A stretch of 37,325 bases of DNA from assembly GCF_001194135.2 (NCBI RefSeq), contig NC_068981.1, positions 126,882,914 through 126,920,238 on the forward strand, given 5' to 3'. Below are positions 34,189 through 37,325 of this stretch, piece by piece (positions within the stretch are counted from its first letter, which is position 1; every line of letters begins with the position of its first letter). The translations under genes and the position numbers were made by a program. This DNA comes from Octopus bimaculoides (Eukaryota). Below the pieces are notes generated by a model. That model was not told the origin of the DNA. It was given only the letters and a program-made list of their open reading frames with translations, and made no database searches.

Positions 34189-36745
34189 CTGTGTGGTTAA
34201 GGTGTCTAACTACTGATATAAGTTCCAATCTTACTGTAACCGCTCTATAGTGCTTCTAAATAAGACATATAATACTGATTATTCTAGTTTGACTGAATGA
34301 AAGTAAACAAAACATCTACTTGTACATCCTAATGCAGATTAGGAAGAAGTATATCCAGCTGTAAAAATAGTTTTTCTAACAACTAAACCATCTTCTATCC
34401 ATCCAATAACAGAAATGTAGATATAAAACAACACACACTACAGATGGACATGTATGTATGTATCTATGCACCTATTGCCATGTATATGTATAAATTTGCA
34501 TGCCAGTATGTGTGGGTTTCATACATATACACCTGTTGCTATTTACTATGATACTGAGCACCTTTGTTTGCTTGTGTGTATGAAAGCAACAGAGAGAACA
34601 TGTGAACTGACTGCCCAACTTCCACTCTCTCTCTCTCTGTCTACAACTACTATTTATTTGTACCTGTGTTTGAACATTTTCTAACCCGTGTCCAGCTGTC
34701 CATAGGTTTATGCCTGTACAGGCATGTATGTGAATAATGCTATTGACTAATAGCTTATCACAATCATTGACCTGACTAACATAAATGTCTCTACCTTGAA
34801 TTAACCAATATTTCCTCCGTGCCTTCCTCTTCACTCTTAATCTCTTTCTACCTCTAACCTTACCCTCTTCTAGTTTCTCTTTTTTTTTTTCTCCTTTTAA
34901 CCATTTTGCTGTCTCTTTCCACTTACATTCTCATATTATGTACAAAAACTAATCCTCGATCATTTGTAAACATTCTCTACTGTATCCATGGTCCCCTAAC
35001 TAAAAGTGACAAAAGTTTTCCTTGCTTTCCAAAGCAACTCTTCCCCCACTAACATATGGACTTAAGAAACTTTGCTCTTTACCACTCTGTCAGTGGTGAC
35101 CACCACTAGTCTCTTTAAATCCTGGGGGTTTTTTTGTTTTTTTGTGGGGGGGGGGGTTGTGGTGGAGCTTAACAGTTGTAAAATCTCTCTCTCTCTCTCA
35201 TGCCCTTTTCTATTTGATCCATACATACACATCTGGACAACTGCAATAGAAATGCCATCCCTGATCTGAAATTTCTTCAATATTGTCTACAGTTATATGT
35301 TCTGAGTATATAATGCACTGGATAAGTTTGCTTTGCTTATCTCTATTGTATCTCTAGGACTACCAGTTACAAAACAGTAGACCAGGTTTCAGTATTTCCT
35401 ACTTCCTACACTTTCACCACCACATAACCAAACCTTACAAGGTATTCAAAAATTTGAATAACAGTTCTGTTCTGAGGGATACAGGGAATAATGAGAGCCA
35501 AGAAAATATTGTTATGCCAAGGAAGTATAATAAAAAAAAATGTGGGAGGAGAGGTAGCACAGAGAAAGATGAGTGTTTGCTAAGGTGGGCAACAGTTAAA
35601 CCAAGGGGAAAATGAAGTAGTGCCAGCAGATTTGAAAAAAAATGTTAAGGGGAAAATTTAGGAACATAGAAACACCATATTAACATATGCATGATTGAGT
35701 GTACAGCTTGTGTCCTAGACTAAACTGATGCATAACTTATAAGGGCTTGTGTGTCATTGTAGCTTTCGTGATTGACTGTGCCATAAATTGTTCATAGCAA
35801 GGAAACCAACACTAATCAATAACCACCATATACTGTAGTTCTTTTGATATCTACATACTTGGTTCATAGTCAATCACTTTTGTGCATTTATATATTTAGA
35901 CAAATTTATAGATTCATACTTCAGTATTTATGCAACTCAATGCACATATAATACTCCTTGCATAAATAACATTCTTCCTTCTCCAGCTTCAGCTTCTGTT
36001 GTTATTTAACTACCTACTTTTTATTATTATTGTGAAAATCTGCATGTGTAAATTGTTAGCTGTTACATCAACATTGTACTCCTGGTTTTTTTTTTCTTCA
36101 CCTTAACATAACATGACCATTGTTTATATATAAGTATGTCTTAGCTTTTTTAAATATATCAAAACGACTGTAAGTATATGAAGCTATCAAGACCTCTGTT
36201 TTATACTAGATTGTTTTTTTCTTTTAATTATGTAAAATATATAAAATAAACTATTACTTGAGAAAATCTGAGTTTACCATATCTTCTTTTCCAGTTTGTA
36301 TTTTAGTTTATGCTATTTCAGTTGTTTCCTTCTTTGGTTACAATTGTAATCAAATTTGTGTTTAACCATTTCTTTACCACATAAAATTAAATAAACCATT
36401 GATTTTGTTTAAATCATTTTGAAATATAATAAAAAAAAATTAGAAGGATTTAGTAAAATAACTAGTATTTGTTATATAAAGCTAATGTTTGAAATGTAAC
36501 TTAACAGAGGTTTTTTTATATAAAATGATGGTGAAAGGTTTTAATTTAATTGTCAAAAGTTGAAGCAATTTCAGGTGGGTTACTATCAAAAGGGGTTAAA
36601 AAACAAACCAACACACGTTACATTATTATTTGAAGTACATACATAGCATTGTAGTATTGGTTGTTGTTAAAGTAGTATTTCCATTTTGAAGTAAATGTGT
36701 ACATGGGCATTTGTGAATGTGTGCTTCTGTGTACATTATCATCAT

Positions 36746-36972
36746 TCAACCCTTTAGCATTCAGATTACTCTGTCAAATGTAATGCTTATTTATTCACCA
36801 TTTTGAATTTATCCTGCATTATCTTGTAGCCTTGAGATTTTGATGATATGATTGTTTATTTTTTAGAATGATATAATAGGGTTGATGTGAGAGGCTGGAT
36901 CTGGCCATTTTCAACATAAAGCATATTGAATATTCTGGCTCGATGTGACTGGTTTGAATGTGAAAGAGTTAA
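36746..36972 (+). mobile_element. TTAA-MITE family 1, full length
   Basis: TCAA-CCCTTTAGCATTCAGATTACTCTGTCAAATG...GAATGTGAAAGAG-TTAA. Confidence 0.85.
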
Positions 36973-36974
36973 TG

Positions 36975-37250
36975 CCCACTTTTCCAAGGGTGCATGGGCC
37001 AGATGGAATAAGTCCAACCCATGCAAGCATAGAAAAGTGGATGTTAGAATATATATATATATATATAATCACTATCATCATCATTTAATGTCCATTTTCT
37101 ATGCTGGCATGGGTTGTACAGTTTGACAGGTGCTGGATGCCCTTCCTAACACCAAACACTTTACAGAGTGTGCTGGGTGTTTTTAGGTGCTACCAGTGCA
37201 GGTGCTTTTATGTGACACCAGCACAAGTGCATTTTACATGGCACTGGCAC
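36975..37250. mobile_element. Tail-to-tail family C SINE fragments around (TA)n
   Basis: Forward tail AACCCATGCAAGCATAGAAAAGTGGATGTTA and reverse tail ATGTCCATTTTCTATGCTGGCATGGGTT..CTGGATGCCCTTCC. Confidence 0.65.
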
Positions 37251-37325
37251 AAGGATAACCAATTTCAAGGATAACTATACCAGTTATTCAACCAAGTGAA
37301 CTTCCCATACATTGAATTAGCATAT

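Noticed and set aside
35358-35441. 84-nt symmetric exon candidate (DYQLQNSRPGFSISYFLHFHHH...)
   Set aside because: Contains F and H residues but not the F-x-x-L-H spacing; the donor is moderate and there is no other support.

Overview
Eukaryotic, AT-rich and repeat-dense window with three N gaps. The SINE/MITE repertoire suggests a cephalopod, probably Octopus (inference). One protein-coding gene is recognisable: a + strand Sesquipedalian/IPIP27 (PHETA1/FAM109-family) PH-domain adaptor. Its main coding exon is 2462/2504-2956 and ends at a GTGAGC donor. Two small frame-compatible downstream exons are proposed (18477-18529, 20542-20563); the F&H C-terminal motif was not found. NRF1-like and ETS-like promoter clusters lie at about 180-260 and 1240-1490. 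The rest is probably intronic. It holds a decayed RTE-type LINE, a Buster-type hAT with an exact 8-bp TSD, hAT MITEs, a DD34D mariner, a DD37D maT element, about 10 TTAA-flanked piggyBac-type MITEs, many SINEs and microsatellites. The most striking unexplained structure is a ~765-bp inverted repeat (24129-24894). Each arm carries a type I hammerhead-ribozyme-like motif, an arrangement typical of Penelope-like retroelements. All exon calls beyond the first, and all RNA-structure calls, were made by eye and are untested.
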